Source: Candidatus Melainabacteria bacterium
GTDB lineage: Bacteria; Cyanobacteriota; Vampirovibrionia; 2-02-FULL-35-15
Length of the DNA: 64,000 nt
Assembly: GCA_023250155.1 (NCBI GenBank)
Contig: JAHFBG010000003.1
Location: 102,040 to 166,039, forward strand
Direction of reading: 5' to 3'
The notes below the pieces were generated by a model. The model was not told where the DNA came from. It saw only the letters and a program-made list of their open reading frames with translations, and did not search any database. The translations under genes were made by a program, and so were the position numbers. Shown piece after piece: positions 49,884 to 58,992 of the stretch; positions within the stretch are counted from its first letter, which is position 1; each line of letters starts with the position of its first letter.

Positions 49884-50291
49884 ATGGATATAGATAGAGT
49901 AGACAACATTGTTAGAAAAACCACTGCAGGAGCATGCTTAGGGATACTTGCTTACTTTACAGGTGGCATAATATATGGGCATGTTGATAAGCCTTTATCA
50001 GAAGTTAATCCGCTCGTAGCTAAATTTGATGAAGATGGAGATAATAGACTCAGTGTTCAGGAAGCAACAAAGCTTTTAATTAGCCTTGATAAGAATAAGG
50101 ATGGAATTCTCTCTGAAGAGGAGTTAAAAGAAGCAGATAAGTTGCTTGAAAATAGTGAACATACCATTCTTCCATATTATATTAAATATAATATTTTAAA
50201 CTCACAGGGCAATCTTTGGTTAGCTCGTCAAGGTTTACTTAGTACTCAAAATAGTGAAGTGAAAGAATGGTTAGAGAAAAGGAAGAAATAA
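49884..50291 (+). CDS. Single-TM protein with an EF-hand pair
   Basis: FDEDGDNRLSVQEA and LDKNKDGILSEEEL; AAGGAG RBS. Confidence 0.8.
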   Translation: MDIDRVDNIVRKTTAGACLGILAYFTGGIIYGHVDKPLSEVNPLVAKFDEDGDNRLSVQEATKLLISLDKNKDGILSEEELKEADKLLENSEHTILPYYIKYNILNSQGNLWLARQGLLSTQNSEVKEWLEKRKK

Positions 50292-50349
50292 AAATGAGTA
50301 GTAAATTTACATTCTTTGTTACGATGACAATATTGGGTGTTAAAAAACT

Positions 50350-51066
50350 ATGAATATAAAAAAAGTAGATTTATCTACAGCAGACATAGGAGAGTTGATA
50401 AGAATTGGGAATCAAAATAAACGTAATGTGATTACCGAGAGTTTAAATTTTCTCAGGAGACATCCAAACATCATTACCGGGGTTGGTCTAGGAATAGCAG
50501 CACCATTAGGATTTCTTGGACTAGCGACGGGGCTTGCTGAAGCAAGCCTTGATCTGCCCCCTGTGCGTTCAATGTCTATGTTGCTTCTTAGTCTTGGAAT
50601 AATAGGTGGAACTGACTATATAGATCGTAAATTAGAATCAAATGTTAATTTCTTAGGAGAAGATATTAGAACAACGGATATGACTAAACCTATTAGTGCA
50701 GATGAAGTATTTGAGAAATTAGAAAAAAATAAAAGTTTGCTTGAAAAGATAAAACAATATTATGCATATTATGACAATGAAAATCTATCAAAGAAACTAG
50801 AACAAGAGGAATCACTTGCTAGTGCTGCTCATGACTTGGTACAAAAGCCTAAAGTAAAAGCAGCATTAACTGAAGTCGTTTCTATGACTGGGAGGCTTAA
50901 CGATACACAATCAGATGACAAAACTCAGATTAGAGAATTATGTTTTGAATTAGATAAAAAACTAGACAAGCTATGTGGAGCTTTAGAATTAAATCCAGAT
51001 ATTGAAATTGAAGATGAGCCATATGTTGATCAATGGCAGAAGTCATCTACGGAAATAAAAAAATAA
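50350..51066 (+). CDS. Hypothetical two-TM protein
   Basis: Gly-rich hydrophobic hairpin followed by a helical domain. Confidence 0.6.
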   Translation: MNIKKVDLSTADIGELIRIGNQNKRNVITESLNFLRRHPNIITGVGLGIAAPLGFLGLATGLAEASLDLPPVRSMSMLLLSLGIIGGTDYIDRKLESNVNFLGEDIRTTDMTKPISADEVFEKLEKNKSLLEKIKQYYAYYDNENLSKKLEQEESLASAAHDLVQKPKVKAALTEVVSMTGRLNDTQSDDKTQIRELCFELDKKLDKLCGALELNPDIEIEDEPYVDQWQKSSTEIKK

Positions 51067-51067
51067 T

Positions 51068-51292
51068 TTACTTAGTTATAATTTGTGCATCTAGATTTTT
51101 TAAATAAATAACATAGGGATTATCTAAATCAAATGTTTTCTTAGAGGCTGACAGCACCTCAATACCTTTTACAGTGCCATCAGAAAAATAATCGATAAAT
51201 GTATCTTTGTCTACCTCTTCAGTTTTTACAACCTTACCAGGTTTAAATTCTATATATAAGGTATCGGCTTCTTTATCGTATTCTATTTGCAT
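51068..51292 (-). CDS. DUF2283 family protein (putative antitoxin)
   Basis: MQIEYDKEADTLYI...IDY..DG.VKGIEVL.AS. Confidence 0.88.
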   Translation of the reverse strand: MQIEYDKEADTLYIEFKPGKVVKTEEVDKDTFIDYFSDGTVKGIEVLSASKKTFDLDNPYVIYLKNLDAQIITK

Positions 51293-51297
51293 AATTG

Positions 51298-51552
51298 TTA
51301 CCTGAAATACCTTGTAATCGCTGTAATCACAATTATTTTATCATCTTCTCTAACAAATAAAACTTTAACTTCTTTCTCCCTATAGAATATTCCTTCCCAA
51401 CACCTATTGTATTCAAACACTTTAACAACACTTAGTTTGTTATACCTTTCAACTACTGGCTTTGAACTTTCCAAAGCATCTTTAATTTCACTTAGATCTA
51501 TACCTCTATCATTGGCTCTCTTTAGTACATGTTTAGTAAATTCGAACTGCAT
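51298..51552 (-). CDS. DUF4258 family protein (putative RelE-like toxin)
   Basis: FTKH...RA..RGI...EI...IIVITAI; start MQFEF; paired with DUF2283. Confidence 0.8.
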   Translation of the reverse strand: MQFEFTKHVLKRANDRGIDLSEIKDALESSKPVVERYNKLSVVKVFEYNRCWEGIFYREKEVKVLFVREDDKIIVITAITRYFR

Positions 51553-51890
51553 AGTTATCGGTATTCTAGTACATGAATTAGAAAAAAACTGTAACCAGGA
51601 GTTACACGAATAATTAAAAAAATAAGAGAGATTGTGTTGATGTGTTGGTGTACTGATGTACTGATGTATTGATGTTATTACGTACTTATATCCACACACA
51701 ATAACAGGATTGAGCTATCAGGATTGAGGAGTGAGCAGAATAAATTCTACTCTCAATTCCCAATCCTCATTCCTCATTCCTCTATATCTTTCCTTAATCA
51801 AGTCCCACACATTGCAGTAAAAAAAATAGTCAGTTATTATTATCGTCAGTTTGTAAAACCAGTGTAAGAGTCAAAGAAAAAAGAGGGAAT

Positions 51891-52514
51891 ATGAAACTAT
51901 CAAATATAGTAGGAGCTACATTAATAGGAGCTACATTAACAACAGCTGGGTGTAATCGTAGTGAAGAGCTTAGAGAAAAAGAACACATAGAACAAGTAAG
52001 AAAAGAGTCAGAAGAACGGCAAGAAGAATGGAAAAAGATTGCAGAGATTCAAGCACACATTAAAAGTGCACTTGTTCAAGGGAAAAAAGAATCTTATTCA
52101 TTAGAGCATTTTAGAGATAAAATTTCTGGAATACATTTATTTGATGGAAATAAAAATAGTATTCTTGAGCTTGAAGAAATAGATCTGTTTATAAAAGTAG
52201 TCATCAATAAAAATAGTGAAACATACACAAAAGAAGGCTTGAAAAAACTACAAGAAATAAGAATGTCGATAGAGAAAGATGGTAATCGTGAATACCAATT
52301 TCGTCCTTTGAACTTTGGCTCTGATGTACGCTGGAGTGGTGCTGAGTTGGATTACAGAACAAGAATAGAGGTAGAAAGACATCAATATACACCTGATAAC
52401 ATAACTCAAACACTTAAAAACATGTCAATTAAATGTAGAGAGTATGAAGAAAAGCTTCGCGAGCAAATAGAATCAGAGATTCAAAAACAAATAAATCAAG
52501 CTTTGAAAAAATAA
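51891..52514 (+). CDS. Lipoprotein with EF-hand-like loop, paralog 1
   Basis: Lipobox TAGC; HLFDGNKNSILELEEID; Y.PDNI. Confidence 0.8.
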   Translation: MKLSNIVGATLIGATLTTAGCNRSEELREKEHIEQVRKESEERQEEWKKIAEIQAHIKSALVQGKKESYSLEHFRDKISGIHLFDGNKNSILELEEIDLFIKVVINKNSETYTKEGLKKLQEIRMSIEKDGNREYQFRPLNFGSDVRWSGAELDYRTRIEVERHQYTPDNITQTLKNMSIKCREYEEKLREQIESEIQKQINQALKK

Positions 52515-52523
52515 GGGGAATAT

Positions 52524-53015
52524 ATGAACATACTTAAAACAGGAGTACTAGCAACAGCGCTTTCTATGCCATTGATAGGTGCTGGGTGCAATCAAGCTAC
52601 TAATAAAGAGCAAGAAGAGATTGTCGCAGCTAAGCATGAAGGGTTAGCAGAAACCCCATTACCATTAAAAGAACTTAGAAATGTTTCTGATGGTATCCTC
52701 CATTTATTTGATACAAATAAAAATGAAATACTTGATCCTGAGGAAATAGATTTATTTATAAAAGTAGTAATTAATAAAGGCACTGGAAAATATACAGAAG
52801 AAGGACAAAAAAAGTTATGGGACGTAAGATTTCAAATCTATAAACAGGGACGGGGATATGGTAATGGTGGTCCATATCAACCAAATAATATAAAAACTAG
52901 CATTGATAATCTATGGGACAAGGCTGAAGAATATAATACAAAACGACGAGAGCAAATTAATGAAGAAGTAAAACAAGGAATTGAAAAAGAATTAAAAAAT
53001 ACTAAAACAAAATAG
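52524..53015 (+). CDS. Lipoprotein with EF-hand-like loop, paralog 2
   Basis: Lipobox GAGC; HLFDTNKNEILDPEEID; YQPNNI. Confidence 0.8.
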   Translation: MNILKTGVLATALSMPLIGAGCNQATNKEQEEIVAAKHEGLAETPLPLKELRNVSDGILHLFDTNKNEILDPEEIDLFIKVVINKGTGKYTEEGQKKLWDVRFQIYKQGRGYGNGGPYQPNNIKTSIDNLWDKAEEYNTKRREQINEEVKQGIEKELKNTKTK

Positions 53016-53030
53016 CTATAGGAGAAAATC

Positions 53031-53642
53031 ATGAACCTGTCAAAAATAGTAGGAGCTACATTAACAACAGCTGGGTGTTATAGAGGTGAGGAGCTTAAGG
53101 AAAAACAACGCGAAGAACAGAGGTTACAGGAGTTACGAAAACAGGAAGAAAAGGAACAGAAAGAGATTTCAAAGATTCAAGCACACATTGAAAGTGCACT
53201 TGCTCAAAGGAAAAAAGACCCTTATTCATTAAAAAATCTTAGAGATAAAATCCCTGGAATACATTTATTTGATGGAAATAAAAATAATATCCTTGATCTT
53301 GAAGAAATAGATCTATTTATAAAAGCAATAGTCAATAAAAACAGTGAAAAATACACTAAAGAAGGATTAGAAAAACTGCTCGAAGTAAAAGGGCTGATAT
53401 CAAAACAGAGTAGTCGTGAATATCAATTTCGCCGCTTGAATTTTTACTCTGATGAATCTTGGACTGATGGTAATTTGAGTCCCAGAACAAGAATAGAGAC
53501 AGAGCGACATCGTTACACACCTGATAACATAACTCAAACACTTAACAACATGTCAATTAAATGTAGAGAGTATGAAGAAAAGCTTCGCGAGCAAACAGAA
53601 TCAGAGATTCAAAAACAAATAAATCAAGCATTAAAAAAATAA
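53031..53642 (+). CDS. Lipoprotein with EF-hand-like loop, paralog 3
   Basis: Close copy of paralog 1 with a 5-aa shorter signal peptide. Confidence 0.8.
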   Translation: MNLSKIVGATLTTAGCYRGEELKEKQREEQRLQELRKQEEKEQKEISKIQAHIESALAQRKKDPYSLKNLRDKIPGIHLFDGNKNNILDLEEIDLFIKAIVNKNSEKYTKEGLEKLLEVKGLISKQSSREYQFRRLNFYSDESWTDGNLSPRTRIETERHRYTPDNITQTLNNMSIKCREYEEKLREQTESEIQKQINQALKK

Positions 53643-53654
53643 GGAAAAAAAATC

Positions 53655-54182
53655 ATGAACATACTACAAAAAATCTTTTTAGCAGCAGCTTTTACTGCAC
53701 CACTAACGAGCATTGGCTGCAAGAAGAGTGATGATAGAGCTGATTGGCCTACTTCAGAACAATGGCAAAAAGTACGTGAAGATGACAGAAAAAGACGAGC
53801 AGATAGAAGTAGCGAGCTAGCAAAGTCTGTTTATCCACTAGAAAAACTTAGACATGTAGCGCATGGTATACATCTGTTTGATGAAAACAGAAATGAAGTG
53901 CTAGAACCCAATGAAATAGATAGGTTTATAAAGATTCAAATAAATAATGAGACTGATAAATTTACAGAAGAAGGAAAGAAAAAATTCTCAAATATTATAG
54001 ATTCTTTATATAAAGAATCTTGGCTGCCTAATGATGAACTTATTACTGTCAAATATCGTCCTAATAACATAACCAAAACTCTTGAAAACTTTGATGCCAA
54101 GCTTAAGGACTATGATAAAAAATATCTTGATCAAATAGATGCAGAAATTCAAAGCAAAATCAATCGATTAAAAGATCGATAA
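53655..54182 (+). CDS. Lipoprotein with EF-hand-like loop, paralog 4
   Basis: Lipobox SIGC; HLFDENRNEVLEPNEID; YRPNNI. Confidence 0.8.
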   Translation: MNILQKIFLAAAFTAPLTSIGCKKSDDRADWPTSEQWQKVREDDRKRRADRSSELAKSVYPLEKLRHVAHGIHLFDENRNEVLEPNEIDRFIKIQINNETDKFTEEGKKKFSNIIDSLYKESWLPNDELITVKYRPNNITKTLENFDAKLKDYDKKYLDQIDAEIQSKINRLKDR

Positions 54183-54267
54183 ATTTGTAACCAGCGATTA
54201 CAGTTTAATAACAAATACTGTTTTTCATATCTTGACCATGACATAGTATTCTTTTATACTTTTGTTC

Positions 54268-54483
54268 ATGATCACCAAGGAACAAGAATATAGAGCTGAA
54301 ATACTTAAGATAGCAGGATTTGCCTTCATTGCCCCATTTGCAAAAATATTTTTAACTCTTCCATTTATAGACTACGGTACAATAGCAATAGATAGCTTGC
54401 TCTATATAATATATATGTTAATGCTTGCAATTGTTGGAATAATATTATTTTTTGATGGCTGTAAGATGATTAGAGAAAGGTAA
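54268..54483 (+). CDS. Small two-TM membrane protein
   Basis: Two hydrophobic segments. Confidence 0.55.
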   Translation: MITKEQEYRAEILKIAGFAFIAPFAKIFLTLPFIDYGTIAIDSLLYIIYMLMLAIVGIILFFDGCKMIRER

Positions 54484-54491
54484 GAATAAAT

Positions 54492-54629
54492 ATGGATTTA
54501 AAAATAATAGTTATGACATTTATGTTTATTTGTATGTTGGGTTTTGCATGGGTTTTAAAATTTGTTCTGGCAAAAGAAGTTCAATCACCTAAAAAGAAAA
54601 AAACTAATATCGAGCATTCTGTAAAGTAA
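54492..54629 (+). CDS. Possible 45-aa single-TM protein (not in the ORF track)
   Basis: MDLKIIVMTFMFICMLGFAWVLKFVLAKEVQSPKKKK...; overlaps the exbD end. Confidence 0.35.
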   Translation: MDLKIIVMTFMFICMLGFAWVLKFVLAKEVQSPKKKKTNIEHSVK

Positions 54630-55059
54630 CAATTCTAAGTTTTTTTACACCTGAACCAGCAGCAGCATCAAGAACAGCAACTACATGCTTTTGTCTGGAT
54701 TCTTGATCTGCTTTTACTGCAACAGGAATATCTTTTGTACCGGCTTTTTGAAACTCTCTTTTTAATGCATCACTAACAAGTCCTTGAACACGATCTATGG
54801 GCGTTCTTTCATCTGAAACCTTTATACCATTTACTGCAATGAGCCCATCTTTACTGACTTCTACAGTAATAGTTTTATTTCGTTGTTCTGCCCTTCCATG
54901 AGCTGCTACTGGCGGCTCTATTTTCAATGAACTTTGATTTATAAGAGGAGCGATTAGAATCATGATTATAAGCAAGACTAAAAATACATCTGTAAGTGGC
55001 GTAATATTTATTTCGCTAAACGTTTGTCTTCCACCTGAACCACCGCTACCAAATGCCAT
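54604..55059 (-). CDS. exbD: Biopolymer transport protein ExbD/TolR
   Basis: EINITPLTDVFLVLLII, KAD, V..VLD....G. Confidence 0.92.
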   Translation of the reverse strand: MAFGSGGSGGRQTFSEINITPLTDVFLVLLIIMILIAPLINQSSLKIEPPVAAHGRAEQRNKTITVEVSKDGLIAVNGIKVSDERTPIDRVQGLVSDALKREFQKAGTKDIPVAVKADQESRQKHVVAVLDAAAGSGVKKLRIVTLQNARY

Positions 55060-55061
55060 AC

Positions 55062-55751
55062 TTATCTCCTATAACCACCAGAACCTGCTTGCGGACCTTG
55101 TTGTGGGCGATTGGCAATGTTTGAAAAACTTAAAAATAAAAGTTTTAACAATTGAAAATCTTCTTCAAATCTTCTAACAATATTGTTGTAGTAGTTGTTC
55201 ATAATAACTGCAATAATAGCGACGATTAAACCATATCCAGTAGCAATAAGTGCTTTAGCTATTCCTATAACTACTTCCTGTGTTTGACCACCAGATTCAC
55301 CTAATATTTGTAATGTAACAATAACCCCAACTACTGTCCCAAACAATCCTATAAATGGAGCAGTAGCACCGATAGTGCCTAATATAGGTAAGTATTTCTC
55401 TAATTTTCTTCCTACTATATTTACTGTAATATCAAAAGCTCTTGAAAAATCTTCTTTTTCAACCGCAATTAATCTAACACCTTCTTCTGCTACCTCTCCT
55501 ACCACACCACCTAATTGGCTAGCAAGTGCTTGTCCACCCTCAAGATTTCCACGTTCTAGTTCTCTTTGTAACCTTTGAATAAAAGTAGCTACATCTTTTT
55601 TGTTTCTTGCATAATAAAAAAATCTTTCAATTACTACAGCAACTGTTAAAACTGAGCAAATGGTAATTGGCCAAAATGCAAACCAATCTTGAACCATAAA
55701 TGCAAAAAAATATTCTAAAAACTTATTACCATGAGCTGTACTTGCATCCAT
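55062..55751 (-). CDS. exbB: MotA/TolQ/ExbB proton channel protein
   Basis: LGTIGATAPFIGLFGTVVG, GIAKALIATGYGL.VAI. Confidence 0.92.
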   Translation of the reverse strand: MDASTAHGNKFLEYFFAFMVQDWFAFWPITICSVLTVAVVIERFFYYARNKKDVATFIQRLQRELERGNLEGGQALASQLGGVVGEVAEEGVRLIAVEKEDFSRAFDITVNIVGRKLEKYLPILGTIGATAPFIGLFGTVVGVIVTLQILGESGGQTQEVVIGIAKALIATGYGLIVAIIAVIMNNYYNNIVRRFEEDFQLLKLLFLSFSNIANRPQQGPQAGSGGYRR

Positions 55752-55973
55752 AAATTTAAAAACCTCATTACAAACTCTAACATATTAAGGACTTAGGGTT
55801 GAGGATTGAGGATTTAGCTTTCACAATTTTTTTTAGTAGCAATTATTTTGAACCTAATTTATGAGTACCTAAACATGAGAACAATTTTCCAGTTCTCTGA
55901 TTCTCTGCATCTCTGATTCTCTGTTCTCTTGTTCTCTGTTCTTCTGATCCTCTGACATCTAATTTCTGATCCT

Positions 55974-57338
55974 CTAGAATTGTCTATAAGATCCACTAGC
56001 ACCAAAAACATTGTAGTCAAAAGTAAATTCAATATCTACTATATTTGGAGCATTTTCTGGGAGTCTTGCAAAAGGTGCAGCAGTTTGAACTGCAAGTAGT
56101 GCAGCTTTGTCAGATGGACCAAACCCACTACCTGTTTTTATCTGTAAGTCTGTAAGTTCCCCACTTCTGTTTATCTTGAATACGACAACTACTCTTTTTG
56201 ATTCATTTCCACGAGGTGGCCTCCAGGAACGTTTTATTCTTCTTTGTAGCTCATTCATATAAGGACCAAAATCTATATCTTTTTTAGCTGCAACACTAGC
56301 TGGTGCAAGCGGACGTGAATTCGGTGGTGGATTACCTACATTTCCTAAACCTCCTACACCACCTATGCCAGGAACTTTAGGTGCTACTGCAATTGCATTA
56401 TTAGTGGATTCTGAGGATGTAGCAGAACCTGGATCAGGTGCTGGTGCTGCAGGCTTTGGTAAATCCTGGGTTTCAGATTGATTATTTTGAATTGGAGCAG
56501 GTTGGGGCTGAGCTTGTGTTATGGCTGGTTGGTTTGATATTTTAGGAACGGGTCTAGGTGCGACTTTTGGTTGTGGTTGTACTACTGGTTGAGGTGCACT
56601 TACCATCTGGGGAACTACTTTTGGAACAGCGCGTGGAGGGCTACTAGGTCTGCTTGGCTGTGCTGGTGAGACTTCTTTTCGTGGATCATGTTTTCCTTGA
56701 TCTCTAGATTGAACAGTAGATCGTCTTTTTGTTTCAGGTGGCGGAGGCTTAGGAGATTCAATCTGAGGAAGTATAAATTCAATTTCAGTAATTTGCTCTC
56801 TGTTTTTAATTGGAATTACAAAAAATAAACTAGTTAGAAATAATAAAATAAATACAATTGAATGAATTATATATGAACTGGCTGTTGATTCTGAAAACTG
56901 AAATATGGTTGAGTCAGTGCTGATAATTTTATAATCATATTTTTGTAGTGCTTTACTGGCATCAAGATATGCATCTGTCATACTATAAATCACAAAACAT
57001 ACAATGGTGATTAGCAAAGAAGTAGAAAATGTACCACCAAACTTTATCGTGTTCATTAAGTACTCAGCAGCAGGAGAAGGTTCAAACTCAAACTTGAAAA
57101 TAAAAGTTAGAAGAAATTTTAAAATCGTTAGAATTATAAGAGAAAACTCCAGTGTCGATATAGGGTGAATAGAAGCATAAATCATGGAAAGACTAATAAA
57201 AGCAGCAACTAAAAACAATATCCCTTTTTTAGTTTTTCCATTATAAAGTTGTCCAATCCCTGGAATGATAGAGTAGAGAGCTATTACAAATGGAGCTGTA
57301 TCAGATTTGTTTTTTCCATCAAATAAAATGCTTGTCAT
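55974..57338 (-). CDS. tonB: TonB family protein with multi-TM N-terminal extension
   Basis: IPGIGQLYNG TM module, Pro-rich spacer, C-domain YM..LQRRIKRSW.PP...SG....DKAAL.AV..AAPF..LP. Confidence 0.82.
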   Translation of the reverse strand: MTSILFDGKNKSDTAPFVIALYSIIPGIGQLYNGKTKKGILFLVAAFISLSMIYASIHPISTLEFSLIILTILKFLLTFIFKFEFEPSPAAEYLMNTIKFGGTFSTSLLITIVCFVIYSMTDAYLDASKALQKYDYKIISTDSTIFQFSESTASSYIIHSIVFILLFLTSLFFVIPIKNREQITEIEFILPQIESPKPPPPETKRRSTVQSRDQGKHDPRKEVSPAQPSRPSSPPRAVPKVVPQMVSAPQPVVQPQPKVAPRPVPKISNQPAITQAQPQPAPIQNNQSETQDLPKPAAPAPDPGSATSSESTNNAIAVAPKVPGIGGVGGLGNVGNPPPNSRPLAPASVAAKKDIDFGPYMNELQRRIKRSWRPPRGNESKRVVVVFKINRSGELTDLQIKTGSGFGPSDKAALLAVQTAAPFARLPENAPNIVDIEFTFDYNVFGASGSYRQF

Positions 57339-57341
57339 ATT

Positions 57342-57908
57342 TTAATCAAACTCTAATTTTAAAGTTTGTCCTTGAGGAATAAATTGTTGATTGGTTTCTG
57401 CGGCATTGGTTGAATTGCTATAAAATATAGCACCTAAAACATTTGATTTTGTTTGCTTATATAATGTTTTGCTTATTTTTGCTGAGACACCGTTTTTTTT
57501 ACCTTCACTTTTTATTTCTAATATTGATTTTGCAGTAAATGCTTCTTTTTCTCCATCTGGTACTAAGTATGAGTCAAAGTAAATAATGTTTTTATTTTCT
57601 TCTTTAGCTAACATTCCTATAAATTGAGTGCCTTTAGGAAGCGCTTTGCCATTAGAGAATTTATATTCAGCTGTAGATAAAGTCGTTATGAGACCAACTG
57701 TATCATTTAAATCAATTTGGTTTTGAAGTATTACTGGAATTACACTTTTTTGAGTGTATTGAGTATAACCATAAACTACAGTACAAGCAACTAATAGAAC
57801 AGAAAGTAGAAAATATAAGGTAGACTTTTTAATAGATTCTTTGCTTGTACTCAGAATGATATTTTTGTCTCCTGCCTCATGCCTCATGCTTCCTGCCTCC
57901 TGCCTCAT
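57342..57908 (-). CDS. Single-TM hypothetical protein with possible TrbI/VirB10-like beta domain
   Basis: TM helix, LPKGTQFIG...FDS...IPQGQTL; N-terminus built from heptamer repeats, so the start is uncertain. Confidence 0.45.
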   Translation of the reverse strand: MRQEAGSMRHEAGDKNIILSTSKESIKKSTLYFLLSVLLVACTVVYGYTQYTQKSVIPVILQNQIDLNDTVGLITTLSTAEYKFSNGKALPKGTQFIGMLAKEENKNIIYFDSYLVPDGEKEAFTAKSILEIKSEGKKNGVSAKISKTLYKQTKSNVLGAIFYSNSTNAAETNQQFIPQGQTLKLEFD

Positions 57909-57917
57909 GCTTCCTGC
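57869..57917. repeat. Heptamer repeat (CCTGCCT/CATGCTT) x7
   Basis: cctgcct catgcct catgctt cctgcct cctgcct catgctt cctgct. Confidence 0.85.
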
Positions 57918-57918
57918 T

Positions 57919-58398
57919 CTATTTCAATTGATAAATAAATTCTATCTCTACTAGTGCATTTAATGGAAGTTCAGAAACACCGATAGCAGATCGCACATGC
58001 TTGCCAAACTCATCTCCAAAAAGAGATACAAGCAAATCAGATGCACCATTTATAACCTTCGGTTGATCTGTGAATCCACTTGAACTATTTACAAAACCAG
58101 TAACCTTAACTACTCGTTTAATTTTGGAAAGGCTTCCTAAGGCTTCTTTAACAGCACTAAGGGAATTTAAAGTAGCTAGCCTGCTTGCTTCATAGCCAGT
58201 TTCAATGGTATTATTTGGACCCATTTTGCCTGTATATAATACTTTTCCATCCTTAAGAGGCAAATTTCCTGATGTGAACAATAAGTCTGAAATAACCAAT
58301 GTTGGAATATAACTTGCAACTGGTTTTGGAGCTTGCGGCAAGGTTAGCCCTAATTCATTTAATTTACTTTCTATATCTATGTTTTTTGTTTCTAGCAT
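57919..58398 (-). CDS. RidA/YjgF family protein
   Basis: P.PVASY.P, SG.LP, KVTGFVNS...FTDQPKVINGASDL, HVRSAIG..LPLNA.VEIE. Confidence 0.92.
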   Translation of the reverse strand: MLETKNIDIESKLNELGLTLPQAPKPVASYIPTLVISDLLFTSGNLPLKDGKVLYTGKMGPNNTIETGYEASRLATLNSLSAVKEALGSLSKIKRVVKVTGFVNSSSGFTDQPKVINGASDLLVSLFGDEFGKHVRSAIGVSELPLNALVEIEFIYQLK

Positions 58399-58472
58399 CT
58401 TTATTCTCCTTTTAATTATAGATGTAACTAGTTTACCTTATTTTAAACAAATTGGGATCTGTTAGTTTTTTA

Positions 58473-58596
58473 GAATACAAAAAGCATCTTACACTCCGTA
58501 TTGCCTTTCCTCAACCCCTCCGACCATTAACTAGACGTTAACAGTTCCCGTCAGGGCATTCGGAAACGGCAATACTACATTGTGCTTTTTGTATCC
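58473..58596 (-). ncRNA. Unassigned rod-shaped structured RNA candidate
   Basis: Nested stems GGATACAAAAAGCA/TGCTTTTTGTATTC, GTATTGCC/GGCAATAC, TTTCC/GGAAA, CCCT/AGGG and ACTGTTAAC/GTTAATGGT; mismatches become G-U pairs on the minus strand. Confidence 0.55.
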
Positions 58597-58721
58597 AGTT
58601 CATTCTCATAAGTTTATACATTGTTTAAAAGTGTGTCCCCAAGAGCTAGTATCTCAATCATTTGTTGTAGGAATTTCTTCCCGTTTTCTCTAAAAGTCTC
58701 AACTTATTGAAAAATCAATAC

Positions 58722-58749
58722 TCCAGAGAATTATCTTTTGTGCCGATTA
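58722..58749 (+). promoter_or_regulatory. Possible sigma-28-type promoter
   Basis: GCCGATTA (consensus GCCGATAA) at 58742-58749 with TCCAG 15 nt upstream; weak -35. Confidence 0.3.
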
Positions 58750-58810
58750 AATAATATAGGTTTTTACTCAATAAAACTATTCATACTTTTTTTATTGAAT
58801 AAAAGACCTT

Positions 58811-58990
58811 TAACGAAAAGGGCAAACCACAAGTAATTGTGGGACGCAAAGCCACAAGTCCTTTAAAATCCAAGGGCCAATAAAACATTGCATGTTTATA
58901 TAGCTAGTTTGTTCAATTCTGTTTGGACAAATAAGCGATTAAAACAATGCTGGCTAGGGTGATGATAGAGGATGGTTGGGTTACCGAATT
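58811..58990 (+). promoter_or_regulatory. Cyclic di-GMP-I (GEMM) riboswitch with extended P3
   Basis: GGGCAAACC-ACAA-GTAA-TTGT-GGGACGCAAAGCC..GTCCT ... AGGATGGTTGGGTTACCGAA matches the GEMM consensus. Confidence 0.88.
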
Positions 58991-58992
58991 AA

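Noticed and set aside
51553..51699. N-terminal extension of the DUF4258 ORF
   Set aside because: Partly translated 8-mer repeats; the family-like sequence begins at MQFEF (51552)
58473..58596. SRP RNA or retron msr-msd
   Set aside because: Lacks the SRP domain IV motif (CAGG-GNRA-AGCAG arrangement); no reverse transcriptase nearby
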